A stretch of DNA of 64,000 nt from Nemertoderma westbladi (Eukaryota > Animalia > Xenacoelomorpha). The DNA lies in assembly GCA_032718475.1 (NCBI GenBank), contig JAUCBJ010007134.1:1-64000 (forward strand), read 5' to 3'. Positions 36,632 through 50,374 of the stretch are shown piece by piece. A program made the position numbers and the translations under genes. Below the pieces are notes generated by a model. It ran no database searches, was not told the DNA's origin, and worked only from the letters and a program-made list of their open reading frames with translations. The stretch's first letter is position 1, and each line of letters opens with the position of its first letter.

Positions 36632-39600
36632 TGCATCTGTTCCGTCGGATCTTACTAAGTGAGAGTGCTACCTGTTCCGTCGGATCTTACTAAGTGAGAG
36701 TGCTACCTGTCCCGTCGGATCTTACTAAGTGAGAGTGCTACCTGTTCCGTCGGCTCTTACTAAGTGAGAGTGCATCTGTTCCGTCGGATCTTACTAAGTG
36801 AGAGTGCTACCTGTTCCGTCGGATCTTACCAAGTGAGAGTGCATCTGTTCCGTCGGATCTTACTAAGTGAGAGTGCATCTGTTCCGTCGGATCTTACCAA
36901 GTGAGAGTGCTACCTGTTCCGTCGGATCTTACCAAGTGAGAGTGCATCTGTTCCGTCGGATCTTACCAAGTGAGAGTGCTACCTGTTCCGTCGGATCTTA
37001 CCAAGTGAGAGTGCTACCTGTTCCGTCGGATCTTACCAAGTGAGAGTGCATCTGTTCCGTCGGATCTTACCAAGTGAGAGTGCTACCTGTTCCGTTGGAT
37101 CTTACCAAGTGAGAGTGCATCTGTTCCGTCGGATCTTACTAAGTGAGAGTGCTACCTGTCCCGTCGGATCTTACTAAGTGAGAGTGCATCTGTTCCGTCG
37201 GATCTTACTAAGTGAGAGTGCTACCTGTTCCGTCGGATCTTACCAAGTGAGAGTGCTACCTGTTCCGTCGGATCTTACTAAGTGAGAGTGCTACCTGTTC
37301 CGTCGGATCTTACTAAGTGAGAGTGCTACCTGTCCCGTCGGATCTTACTAAGTGAGAGTGCTACCTGTTCCGTCGGATCTTACTAAGTGAGAGTGCATCT
37401 GTTCCGTCGGATCTTACTAAGTGAGAGTGCTACCTGTTCCGTCGGATCTTACTAAGTGAGAGTGCTACCTGTTCCGTCGGATCTTACTAAGTGAGAGTGC
37501 TACCTGTTCCGTCGGATCTTACTAAGTGAGAGTGCATCTGTTCCGTCGGATCTTACCAAGTGAGAGTGCTACCTGTTCCGTCGGATCTTACCAAGTGAGA
37601 GTGCATCTGTTCCGTCGGATCTTACCAAGTGAGAGTGCTACCTGTTCCGTCGGATCTTACCAAGTGAGAGTGCTACCTGTTCCGTCGGATCTTACTAAGT
37701 GAGAGTGCTACCTGTTCCGTCGGATCTTACTAAGTGAGAGTGCATCTGTTCCGTCGGATCTTACTAAGTGAGAGTGCTACCTGTCCCGTCGGATCTTACT
37801 AAGTGAGAGTGCTACCTGTTCCGTCGGATCTTACTAAGTGAGAGTGCTACCTGTTCCGTCGGATCTTACTAAGTGAGAGTGCATCTGTTCCGTCGGATCT
37901 TACCAAGTGAGAGTGCTACCTGTTCCGTCGGATCTTACCAAGTGAGAGTGCTACCTGTTCCGTCGGATCTTACCAAGTGAGAGTGCTACCTGTCCCGTCG
38001 GATCTTACTAAGTGAGAGTGCTACCTGTTCCGTCGGCTCTTACTAAGTGAGAGTGCATCTGTTCCGTCGGATCTTACTAAGTGAGAGTGCTACCTGTTCC
38101 GTCGGCTCTTACTAAGTGAGAGTGCATCTGTTCCGTCGGATCTTACTAAGTGAGAGTGCTACCTGTCCCGTCGGATCTTACTAAGTGAGAGTGCTACCTG
38201 TCCCGTCGGATCTTACTAAGTGAGAGTGCATCTGTTCCGTCGGATCTTACCAAGTGAGAGTGCTACCTGTTCCGTCGGATCTTACCAAGTGAGAGTGCTA
38301 CCTGTTCCGTCGGATCTTACCAAGTGAGAGTGCTACCTGTCCCGTCGGATCTTACTAAGTGAGAGTGCTACCTGTTCCGTCGGATCTTACTAAGTGAGAG
38401 TGCATCTGTTCCGTCGGATCTTACCAAGTGAGAGTGCTACCTGTTCCGTCGGATCTTACCAAGTGAGAGTGCTACCTGTCCCGTCGGATCTTACCAAGTG
38501 AGAGTGCTACCTGTTCCGTCGGATCTTACTAAGTGAGAGTGCATCTGTTCCGTCGGATCTTACTAAGTGAGAGTGCTACCTGTTCCGTCGGATCTTACCA
38601 AGTGAGAGTGCTACCTGTTCCGTCGGATCTTACCAAGTGAGAGTGCTACCTGTCCCGTCGGATCTTACTAAGTGAGAGTGCTACCTGTTCCGTCGGATCT
38701 TACCAAGTGAGAGTGCTACCTGTCCCGTCGGATCTTACCAAGTGAGAGTGCTACCTGTCCCGTCGGATCTTACTAAGTGAGAGTGCATCTGTTCCGTCGG
38801 ATCTTACTAAGTGAGAGTGCTACCTGTTCCGTCGGATCTTACCAAGTGAGAGTGCTACCTGTTCCGTCGGATCTTACTAAGTGAGAGTGCTACCTGTTCC
38901 GTCGGATCTTACCAAGTGAGAGTGCTACCTGTTCCGTCGGATCTTACTAAGTGAGAGTGCATCTGTTCCGTCGGATCTTACTAAGTGAGAGTGCTACCTG
39001 TTCCGTCGGATCTTACCAAGTGAGAGTGCTACCTGTTCCGTCGGATCTTACCAAGTGAGAGTGCTACCTGTCCCGTCGGATCTTACTAAGTGAGAGTGCT
39101 ACCTGTTCCGTCGGATCTTACCAAGTGAGAGTGCTACCTGTTCCGTCGGATCTTACCAAGTGAGAGTGCTACCTGTTCCGTCGGATCTTACCAAGTGAGA
39201 GTGCTACCTGTCCCGTCGGATCTTACTAAGTGAGAGTGCTACCTGTTCCGTCGGATCTTACTAAGTGAGAGTGCATCTGTTCCGTCGGATCTTACCAAGT
39301 GAGAGTGCTACCTGTCCCGTCGGATCTTACTAAGTGAGAGTGCTACCTGTTCCGTCGGATCTTACTAAGTGAGAGTGCATCTGTTCCGTCGGATCTTACC
39401 AAGTGAGAGTGCTACCTGTTCCGTCGGATCTTACCAAGTGAGAGTGCTACCTGTTCCGTCGGATCTTACCAAGTGAGAGTGCTACCTGTCCCGTCGGATC
39501 TTACTAAGTGAGAGTGCTACCTGTTCCGTCGGATCTTACCAAGTGAGAGTGCATCTGTTCCGTCGGATCTTACCAAGTGAGAGTGCATCTGTTCCGTCGG

Positions 39601-42600
39601 ATCTTACTAAGTGAGAGTGCATCTGTTCCGTCGGATCTTACTAAGTGAGAGTGCTACCTGTTCCGTCGGATCTTACCAAGTGAGAGTGCTACCTGTCCCG
39701 TCGGATCTTACTAAGTGAGAGTGCTACCTGTTCCGTCGGCTCTTACTAAGTGAGAGTGCATCTGTTCCGTCGGATCTTACTAAGTGAGAGTGCTACCTGT
39801 CCCGTCGGATCTTACTAAGTGAGAGTGCTACCTGTCCCGTCGGATCTTACTAAGTGAGAGTGCTACCTGTTCCGTCGGATCTTACTAAGTGAGAGTGCAT
39901 CTGTTCCGTCGGATCTTACCAAGTGAGAGTGCTACCTGTTCCGTCGGATCTTACCAAGTGAGAGTGCTACCTGTCCCGTCGGATCTTACTAAGTGAGAGT
40001 GCTACCTGTCCCGTCGGATCTTACTAAGTGAGAGTGCTACCTGTCCCGTCGGATCTTACTAAGTGAGAGTGCTACCTGTTCCGTCGGATCTTACTAAGTG
40101 AGAGTGCATCTGTTCCGTCGGATCTTACCAAGTGAGAGTGCTACCTGTTCCGTCGGATCTTACCAAGTGAGAGTGCATCTGTTCCGTCGGATCTTACCAA
40201 GTGAGAGTGCTACCTGTTCCGTCGGATCTTACTAAGTGAGAGTGCTACCTGTTCCGTCGGCTCTTACTAAGTGAGAGTGCATCTGTTCCGTCGGATCTTA
40301 CTAAGTGAGAGTGCTACCTGTTCCGTCGGATCTTACTAAGTGAGAGTGCATCTGTTCCGTCGGATCTTACTAAGTGAGAGTGCTACCTGTTCCGTCGGAT
40401 CTTACTAAGTGAGAGTGCTACCTGTTCCGTCGGATCTTACTAAGTGAGAGTGCTACCTGTTCCGTCGGATCTTACTAAGTGAGAGTGCTACCTGTTCCGT
40501 CGGATCTTACTAAGTGAGAGTGCTACCTGTTCCGTCGGATCTTACTAAGTGAGAGTGCATCTGTTCCGTCGGATCTTACCAAGTGAGAGTGCATCTGTTC
40601 CGTCGAATCTTACTAAGTGAGAGTGCATCTGTTCCGTCGGATCTTACTAAGTGAGAGTGCTACCTGTCCCGTCGGATCTTACTAAGTGAGAGTGCTACCT
40701 GTTCCGTCGGCTCTTACTAAGTGAGAGTGCATCTGTTCCGTCGGATCTTACTAAGTGAGAGTGCTACCTGTCCCGTCGGATCTTACTAAGTGAGAGTGCT
40801 ACCTGTTCCGTCGGATCTTACTAAGTGAGAGTGCTACCTGTTCCGTCGGATCTTACTAAGTGAGAGTGCTACCTGTTCCGTCGGCTCTTACTAAGTGAGA
40901 GTGCATCTGTTCCGTCGGATCTTACCAAGTGAGAGTGCTACCTGTCCCGTCGGATCTTACTAAGTGAGAGTGCTACCTGTCCCGTCGGATCTTACTAAGT
41001 GAGAGTGCTACCTGTTCCGTCGGCTCTTACTAAGTGAGAGTGCTACCTGTTCCGTCGGATCTTACTAAGTGAGAGTGCTACCTGTTCCGTCGGATCTTAC
41101 TAAGTGAGAGTGCATCTGTTCCGTCGGATCTTACTAAGTGAGAGTGCTACCTGTCCCGTCGGATCTTACTAAGTGAGAGTGCTACCTGTTCCGTCGGATC
41201 TTACTAAGTGAGAGTGCTACCTGTTCCGTCGGATCTTACTAAGTGAGAGTGCTACCTGTTCCGTCGGATCTTACTAAGTGAGAGTGCTACCTGTTCCGTC
41301 GGCTCTTACTAAGTGAGAGTGCATCTGTTCCGTCGGATCTTACCAAGTGAGAGTGCATCTGTTCCGTCGAATCTTACTAAGTGAGAGTGCATCTGTTCCG
41401 TCGGATCTTACTAAGTGAGAGTGCTACCTGTTCCGTCGGATCTTACTAAGTGAGAGTGCTACCTGTTCCGTCGGATCTTACTAAGTGCGAGAGTGCTACC
41501 TGTTCCGTCGGATCTTACTAAGTGAGAGTGCTACCTGTTCCGTCGGATCTTACTAAGTGAGAGTGCATCTGTTCCGTCGGATCTTACCAAGTGAGAGTGT
41601 TACCTGTTCCGTCGGATCTTACTAAGTGAGAGTGCTACCTGTTCCGTCGGATCTTACCAAGTGAGAGTGTTACCTGTTCCGTCGGATCTTACTAAGTGAG
41701 AGTGCATCTGTTCCGTCGGATCTTACCAAGTGAGAGTGCTACCTGTTCCGTCGGATCTTACTAAGTGAGAGTGCTACCTGTTCCGTCGGATCTTACTAAG
41801 TGAGAGTGCTACCTGTTCCGTCGGATCTTACTAAGTGAGAGTGCATCTGTTCCGTCGGATCTTACCAAGTGAGAGTGTTACCTGTTCCGTCGGATCTTAC
41901 TAAGTGAGAGTGCTACCTGTTCCGTCGGATCTTACTAAGTGAGAGTGCTACCTGTTCCGTCGGATCTTACTAAGTGAGAGTGCATCTGTTCCGTCGGATC
42001 TTACCAAGTGAGAGTGTTACCTGTTCCGTCGGATCTTACTAAGTGAGAGTGCTACCTGTTCCGTCGGATCTTACTAAGTGAGAGTGCTACCTGTTCCGAC
42101 GGATCTTACCAAGTGAGAGTGCTACCTGTTCCGTCGGATCTTACTAAGTGAGAGTGCTACCTGTTCCGTCGGATCTTACTAAGTGAGAGTGCATCTGTTC
42201 CGTCGGATCTTACCAAGTGAGAGTGTTACCTGTTCCGTCGGATCTTACTAAGTGAGAGTGCATCTGTTCCGTCGGATCTTACTAAGTGAGAGTGCATCTG
42301 TTCCGTCGGATCTTACCAAGTGAGAGTGTTACCTGTTCCGTCGGATCTTACTAAGTGAGAGTGCTACCTGTTCCGTCGGCTCTTACTAAGTGAGAGTGCA
42401 TCTGTTCCGTCGGATCTTACCAAGTGAGAGTGCATCTGTTCCGTCGAATCTTATTAAGTGAGAGTGCATCTGTTCCGTCGGATCTTACTAAGTGAGAGTG
42501 CTACCTGTTCCGTCGGATCTTACTAAGTGAGAGTGCTACCTGTTCCGTCGGATCTTACTAAGTGAGAGTGCTACCTGTTCCGTCGGATCTTACTAAGTGA

Positions 42601-45600
42601 GAGTGCTACCTGTTCCGTCGGATCTTACTAAGTGAGAGTGCATCTGTTCCGTCGGATCTTACCAAGTGAGAGTGTTACCTGTTCCGTCGGATCTTACTAA
42701 GTGAGAGTGCTACCTGTTCCGTCGGATCTTACTAAGTGAGAGTGCTACCTGTTCCGTCGGATCTTACTAAGTGAGAGTGCTACCTGTTCCGTCGGATCTT
42801 ACTAAGTGAGAGTGCATCTGTTCCGTCGGATCTTACTAAGTGAGAGTGCTACCTGTTCCGTCGGATCTTACTAAGTGAGAGTGCTACCTGTTCCGTCGGA
42901 TCTTACTAAGTGAGAGTGCTACCTGTTCCGTCGGATCTTACTAAGTGAGAGTGCTACCTGTTCCGTCGGATCTTACTAAGTGAGAGTGCATCTGTTCCGT
43001 CGGATCTTACCAAGTGAGAGTGTTACCTGTTCCGTCGGATCTTACTAAGTGAGAGTGCTACCTGTTCCGTCGGATCTTACTAAGTGAGAGTGCTACCTGT
43101 TCCGTCGGATCTTACTAAGTGAGAGTGCTACCTGTTCCGACGGATCTTACTAAGTGAGAGTGCTACCTGTTCCGACGGATCTTACCAAGTGAGAGTGCTA
43201 CCTGTTCCGTCGGATCTTACTAAGTGAGAGTGCTACCTGTTCCGTCGGATCTTACTAAGTGAGAGTGCTACCTGTTCCGACGGATCTTACCAAGTGAGAG
43301 TGCTACCTGTTCCGTCGGATCTTACTAAGTGAGAGTGCTACCTGTTCCGTCGGATCTTACTAAGTGAGAGTGCATCTGTTCCGTCGGATCTTACTAAGTG
43401 AGAGTGCTACCTGTTCCGTCGGATCTTACTAAGTGAGAGTGCATCTGTTCCGTCGGATCTTACTAAGTGAGAGTGCATCTGTTCCGTCGGATCTTACCAA
43501 GTGAGAGTGTTACCTGTTCCGTCGGATCTTACTAAGTGAGAGTGCTACCTGTTCCGTCGGATCTTACTAAGTGAGAGTGCTACCTGTTCCGTCGGATCTT
43601 ACTAAGTGAGAGTGCTACCTGTTCCGTCGGATCTTACCAAGTGAGAGTGCTACCTGTCCCGTCGGATCTTACCAAGTGAGAGTGCTACCTGTTCCGTCGG
43701 ATCTTACTAAGTGAGAGTGCTACCTGTTCCGTCGGCTCTTACTAAGTGAGAGTGCATCTGTTCCGTCGGATCTTACCAAGTGAGAGTGCTACCTGTTCCG
43801 TCGGATCTTACTAAGTGAGAGTGCTACCTGTTCCGACGGATCTTACCAAGTGAGAGTGCTACCTGTTCCGTCGGATCTTACTAAGTGAGAGTGCTACCTG
43901 TTCCGTCGGATCTTACTAAGTGAGAGTGCATCTGTTCCGTCGGATCTTACCAAGTGAGAGTGTTACCTGTTCCGTCGGATCTTACTAAGTGAGAGTGCAT
44001 CTGTTCCGTCGGATCTTACTAAGTGAGAGTGCATCTGTTCCGTCGGATCTTACCAAGTGAGAGTGTTACCTGTTCCGTCGGATCTTACTAAGTGAGAGTG
44101 CTACCTGTTCCGTCGGATCTTACTAAGTGAGAGTGCATCTGTTCCGTCGGATCTTACTAAGTGAGAGTGCTACCTGTTCCGTCGGATCGTACTAAGTGAG
44201 AGTGCTACCTGTTCCGTCGGATCTTACTAAGTGAGAGTGCTACCTGTTACGTCGGATCTTACTAAGTGAGAGTGCATCTGTTCCGTCGGATCTTACCAAG
44301 TGAGAGTGTTACCTGTTCCGTCGGATCTTACTAAGTGAGAGTGCTACCTGTTCCGTCGGATCTTACTAAGTGAGAGTGCTACCTGTTCCGTCGGATCTTA
44401 CCAAGTGAGAGTGCTACCTGTTCCGTCGGATCTTACTAAGTGAGAGTGCTACCTGTTCCGTCGGATCTTACTAAGTGAGAGTGTTACCTGTTCCGTCGGA
44501 TCTTACCAAGTGAGAGTGCATCTGTTCCGTCGGATCTTACCAAGTGAGAGTGCATCTGTTCCGTCGGATCTTACTAAGTGAGAGTGCTACCTGTTCCGTC
44601 GGATCTTACCACCAAGTGAGAGTGTTACCTGTTCCGTCGAATCTTATTAAGTGAGAGTGCATCTGTTCCGTCGGATCTTACTAAGTGAGAGTGCTACCTG
44701 TTCCGACGGATCTTACCAAGTGAGAGTGCTACCTGTTCCGTCGGATCTTACTAAGTGAGAGTGCTACCTGTTCCGTCGGATCTTACTAAGTGAGAGTGCA
44801 TCTGTTCCGTCGGATCTTACCAAGTGAGAGTGCATCTGTTCCGTCGGATCTTACCAAGTGAGAGTGCATCTGTTCCGTCGGATCTTACTAAGTGAGAGTG
44901 CATCTGTTCCGTCGGATCTTACCAAGTGAGAGTGCTACCTGTTCCGTCGGATCTTACTAAGTGAGAGTGCATCTGTTCCGTCGGATCTTACCAAGTGAGA
45001 GTGCATCTGTTCCGTCGGATCTTACTAAGTGAGAGTGCATCTGTTCCGTCGGATCTTACCAAGTGAGAGTGCTACCTGTTCCGTCGGATCTTACTAAGTG
45101 AGAGTGCTACCTGTTCCGTCGGATCTTACTAAGTGAGAGTGCATCTGTTCCGTCGGATCTTACCAAGTGAGAGTGCTACCTGTTCCGTCGGATCTTACTA
45201 AGTGAGAGTGCTACCTGTTCCGTCGGATCTTACCAAGTGAGAGTGCATCTGTTCCGTCGGATCTTACTAAGTGAGAGTGCTACCTGTTCCGTCGGATCTT
45301 ACTAAGTGAGAGTGCATCTGTTCCGTCGGATCTTACTAAGTGAGAGTGCATCTGTTCCGTCGGATCTTACCAAGTGAGAGTGCTACCTGTTCCGTCGGAT
45401 CTTACTAAGTGAGAGTGCTACCTGTTCCGTCGGATCTTACCAAGTGAGAGTGCATCTGTTCCGTCGGATCTTACTAAGTGAGAGTGCTACCTGTTCCGTC
45501 GGATCTTACTAAGTGAGAGTGCTACCTGTTCCGTCGGATCTTACTAAGTGAGAGTGCTACCTGTTCCGTCGGATCTTACTAAGTGAGAGTGCTACCTGTT

Positions 45601-46666
45601 CCGTCGGATCTTACTAAGTGAGAGTGCTACCTGTTCCGTCGGATCTTACTAAGTGAGAGTGCATCTGTTCCGTCGGATCTTACTAAGTGAGAGTGCATCT
45701 GTTCCGTCGGATCTTACCAAGTGAGAGTGCATCTGTTCCGTCGGATCTTACCAAGTGAGAGTGCTACCTGTTCCGTCGGATCTTACTAAGTGAGAGTGCA
45801 TCTGTTCCGTCGGATCTTACCAAGTGAGAGTGCATCTGTGCCGTCGGATCTTACCAAGTGAGAGTGCTACCTGTTCCGTCGGATCTTACTAAGTGAGAGT
45901 GCATCTGTTCCGTCGGATCTTACCAAGTGAGAGTGCATCTGTTCCGTCGGATCTTACCAAGTGAGAGTGCATCTGTTCCGTCGGATCTTACCAAGTGAGA
46001 GTGCATCTGTTCCGTCGGATCTTACTAAGTGAGAGTGCTACCTGTTCCGTCGGATCTTACCAAGTGAGAGTGCATCTGTTCCGTCGGATCTTACTAAGTG
46101 AGAGTGCTACCTGTTCCGTCGGATCGTACTAAGTGAGAGTGCTACCTGTTCCGTCGGATCTTACTAAGTGAGAGTGCATCTGTTCCGTCGGATCTTACTA
46201 AGTGAGAGTGCTACCTGTTCCGTCGGATCGTACTAAGTGAGAGTGCTACCTGTTCCGTCGGATCTTACTAAGTGAGAGTGCTACCTGTTACGTCGGATCT
46301 TACTAAGTGAGAGTGCATCTGTTCCGTCGGATCTTACTAAGTGAGAGTGCATCTGTTCCGTCGGATCTTACTAAGTGAGAGTGCATCTGTTCCGTCGGAT
46401 CTTACTAAGTGAGAGTGCATCTGTTCCGTCGGATCTTACTAAGTGAGAGTGCATCTGTTCCGTCGGATCTTACTAAGTGAGAGTGCTACCTGTTCCGTCG
46501 GATCTTACTAAGTGAGAGTGCATCTGTTCCGTCGGATCTTACTAAGTGAGAGTGCTACCTGTTCCGTCGGATCTTACTAAGTGAGAGTGCATCTGTTCCG
46601 TCGGATCTTACTAAGTGAGTGTGCTACCTGTTCCGTCGGATCTTACTAAGTGAGAGTGCTACCTGT
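36632..46666. repeat. 34/35-bp satellite (GCTACCTGTTCCGTCGGATCTTACTAAGTGAGAGT), ~290 copies
   Basis: 10-kb head-to-tail array with a few recurrent variant positions and no spacers. Confidence 0.99.
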
Positions 46667-46700
46667 ATTAGACACCACCCGTTAAGTGTTCGATGAAGTG

Positions 46701-47492
46701 TGTAAAAGCTTTTGCGGACATAACAAGTCATTTTTACGCAATGCGCAGAATACTCTAAAATCGCCCTAAAATTGTTCAACTACGCGTCGGACAGAAATTA
46801 GAACCAAGATGACGAAATCTGTCAGCTGATTCTTTGTGTACGTGGAGATCCCTTTGTTTGAGCTTATTTGGCCAAACAGAGCAATCTTCCCAGTTATGCC
46901 AGTAGAGACCTACCTGAGGAAACTAGCGCATGCGCAGTTATCGTTTTTCTGAGAATTAGATTCCTCTCAGAATTATGTACTAAGTACGGACGTTTCAGAC
47001 TTTGGCCCAAGAACATCTGATGGCTGGAGTTATAAGGACGTAAATCTATTAACCTGTTTCGGGACCCTGTCCTGTTGCATACAAATCTAATCATACTGAA
47101 CTTCATGAACACATAGTGGCTGTTCACCGCACTGTTTTAATGCTGTTTTATATTGTGTTAATTGCTGTTTATATTTATGGATGTTATATTTGGAGAATAC
47201 CGATAAATAATCGTAAACCCCTCAATCTTCTTGATTACTGACGTAAGCGGAGGAAGGGTCTACCGGTAGCAACTGTGACTCAAATTATAGTGGTTTTGTG
47301 TGAATTAAATGCTATTTCATAATCCCTACGTGTGTCAGTTGCAATTCTACTTATATATGATCAAAATCAGTGACGGTCGGCAAATTAGTGTGAATTAGTG
47401 TAAATTAGTGTGAAGTAGTGTGAAGTCGTATGAAGGTTAATAAAGCATCTCCTAAAGAATGCGCTTTTTACGAAACTCTTTGGCCATCTAGT
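46701..47492 (+). repeat. 5' LTR, first ~790 bp, interrupted
   Basis: Near-identical to the start of the 3' LTR up to CCATCTAGT|TGT. TATA-like motif at ~47350 and AATAAA at ~47439. Confidence 0.9.
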
Positions 47493-48566
47493 TGTAAAAG
47501 CTTTTGCGGACATAACAAGTCATTTTTACCCGCAATGCGCAGTGTAGGTGCTTTAGCGGACATAACAAGTCATTTTTGCCGCAATGCGCATAATACTCTC
47601 AAAGATTGGAGCTCAGATGACGAAATCTGTCAGCTGATTTCCTGTAGACGTGGAACCTCTTTGTTCTGCTCAGCCAATCAGAGCGATTTTCACTTTATGT
47701 TGGACAGGGGCCTATGGAAAACCGCGCAATGCATTACGGTCTTTGTTTACCTTTCTGAGCCTAAGAACCGGCTTGGAAATCTTCTGTACTTCTGTTGTGG
47801 AAGTTTCAGACTTTGGCCTAAACATCTGATGGCTTTGATTATAAGAACGTAAAACTATTAACTTGTCATTCTACAATTCATATTGAACATTGCTGCACAT
47901 GGAACACTGCATAAGTAACACATACTGACTGTTTACCGCATTATTTTGCTTCTGTTATTAATTGGTGTTATGTAAATGGATATTGCTGTTATATTTGGAG
48001 AATACCGATAAATAATCATAAAACCCCCAATCTTCTTGATTACTGAAGGTGAGAGGAACAGGTTTACCGGTAGCAACTGCGACTTACATTATAGTGTTTT
48101 TTTGTGCGAATTAAATGCTATTTCATAATCCCTACATGTGTCAGTTGCGATCCTCCTTATATATGATCAAATTCAGTGACGGTCGGCAGATCAGTGCGAA
48201 GTAGTGTGAAGTAGTGTGAAGTCGTGTGAAGTAGTGTGAAGGTTAATAAAGCATCTCCTAAAGAATGCGCTTTTTACGAAACACGTCCTAAAGGAACTGT
48301 TAATATTTCCCCGAAAGTAAATATAGTTGTCAGAGATTATATTATAGTAGCAATCAATCGAATAATACAAAGTAGCCTACACCGCAATAACTTCCTCTGG
48401 AACCCGAATCCAGTCTCCCACACCGTTGGTCATACGCCGCGCACAGACTGGCTTCGGCGGATGTAAATTCAGTACACCAGGTAATTGGTACGGGCAAAGT
48501 CGATTCATAATAAAAGGACATTTAAAATTGGCAGGTCAAACTGCTAAAGGTCTAAAAGCATTAACA
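47493..48566 (+). repeat. Complete LTR of a diverged sister subfamily
   Basis: TGTAAAAGC...TTAACA. Colinear with 56781-57900 but clearly more diverged in its 5' part. Confidence 0.8.
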
Positions 48567-50374
48567 TTAATAGATTTTCCTAATGTTCTGGTAGAACATT
48601 AATAGATTTAGATTCTTTATTGCCCAGTAGGCAATAAAACCCAAAACGTACCGGTAGGACGGTAAACTGTAGGCCTGATCCGAACCGGTACTTACAGGTA
48701 CAACAGTATTAGTTCGATTGTGATAATTATATACCGGTAGGTCTTAAAATTTAATCGGGGACTGCAGCCCTGGTTTTTATTGGGATTTTACTTATTTCTG
48801 TCAGTTTTATGGTAAGTAGTAAGTTTTATAGTAAGTGTAATATTGAGCAGAAGGCGTGTAAACCTGCTCTGATTGTATAAATAATTTGTAGGCCGGATTG
48901 TTGTCTAACTGTTGTTAGGTCTGAGGCGATTGCAGTGTATGTAGAGTGTCTATCCGATAAAGTGCTAGTTAGGAAGGTGGAGGCATCCAGTGCTGTAAGG
49001 TAAATCCCCCACGAAAGAATAAGTCGTACTACATGATTAGAACGCTTACTAACTAACCATTTCGGAGATTGCATATACTGTGGTTTATTTAGACTTGACA
49101 GTAGTCTGCCAGCATTTGGTCTGTGTTTTATTTGAATAGTCTGTACGGGTAGTGTAATATTTATTATTCAGAGTTTATGCAAGTATTTGCAACCTTCATC
49201 TCCCCAAGTTTATTCCTTACAGTAATTATGCTAGTTATGCATACTGTTATAGTTAAATTAACCCCGGTACTACTTCAGGACTGCTTGGCATAGGACAGAC
49301 TGGTGATTTTGTGCTCCGGTCACTCCAGAAGATACCGTGGTTCTTTTGGCTGTTCACGTACATTTAACTGCTAGTTATTGGTTGTATAAGTGCTTGTACC
49401 TAATTTAGGGTTTAGAGTACAGCGCTTTCCTGAAAGTAATTTAGTGTGTAGGCAGTATATTTGTGTTGTAACGTGGTTAATAGGTCTGTTAGCTCTGGTT
49501 GGCTTCGATAATTAACCTCTAGGTATAGGACACTCCAGGTACATGACGTAGTGCTTATAGTGTAAGACTATAAGCCGTCAGATGGTGGCATTTCCTTATC
49601 TGGACAACGCAACGTACTTAATACTACTTTATTGGTTTCAAATACCGTAATTTCCTGTCAGTTTGTAAGAACCAGAAATTCTAACTCCTTGTTAGTCTGA
49701 TTCATAAATTTCTTGTTAAATTACCCTAAAAATTGTACGTGTAACTTGTTTATTGTTTATTTAGAGATTGTGTAATCTCAACCCCATATGTAAGTAATTT
49801 GTAGTGATAAGTAACTTAGTTAAGTATATATCAGTATTAGTGTCTAACAAGTAGCACTCCACTGAGAGCGTTCAGCTTCTGTGTAGTGACTTCTTACACA
49901 GAAATAATAACATTTATTTCAAATATTGTCAAAACCCATTACGGGTATATATATATATATTTATAAATCAACTCAATCAGATTTATAAAATAGTAGGCCT
50001 GTTATACATCAATTAGGTCTTAATATCAGTTGAACTACTGCTTAATATCAGTAATAAAGTAAAGGGAAGTAATCCCTAAAATTTGGATAATCAGTTACTA
50101 TTAAATTACTGACATTACCGGTGTTACAGTAAGCTTATTATATATTTATATAAATTAGGCTAAGCTTATATACCAGTATTCTGTGACTGATCCTAGTCTG
50201 TAATAATACTGATATATATACTATAGGTGTATACCGGTATTCTAATTTTAAGATATATACCACGTTACATTGAGTAGCGATATGGTAACTATTAGACTGA
50301 CAGTTGATACTGATTTCCCCTAGACTTGGTTTAACTGTTATTGTAGTAGTAGGCATTCAACTGTAAAATAAATT

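Noticed and set aside
36632-46666. CRISPR-like 35-bp repeats
   Set aside because: Head-to-tail units with no unique spacers, no cas genes, and a eukaryotic context.
46894-48466. Short ORFs within the LTR copies
   Set aside because: Not conserved as ORFs between the three LTR copies.
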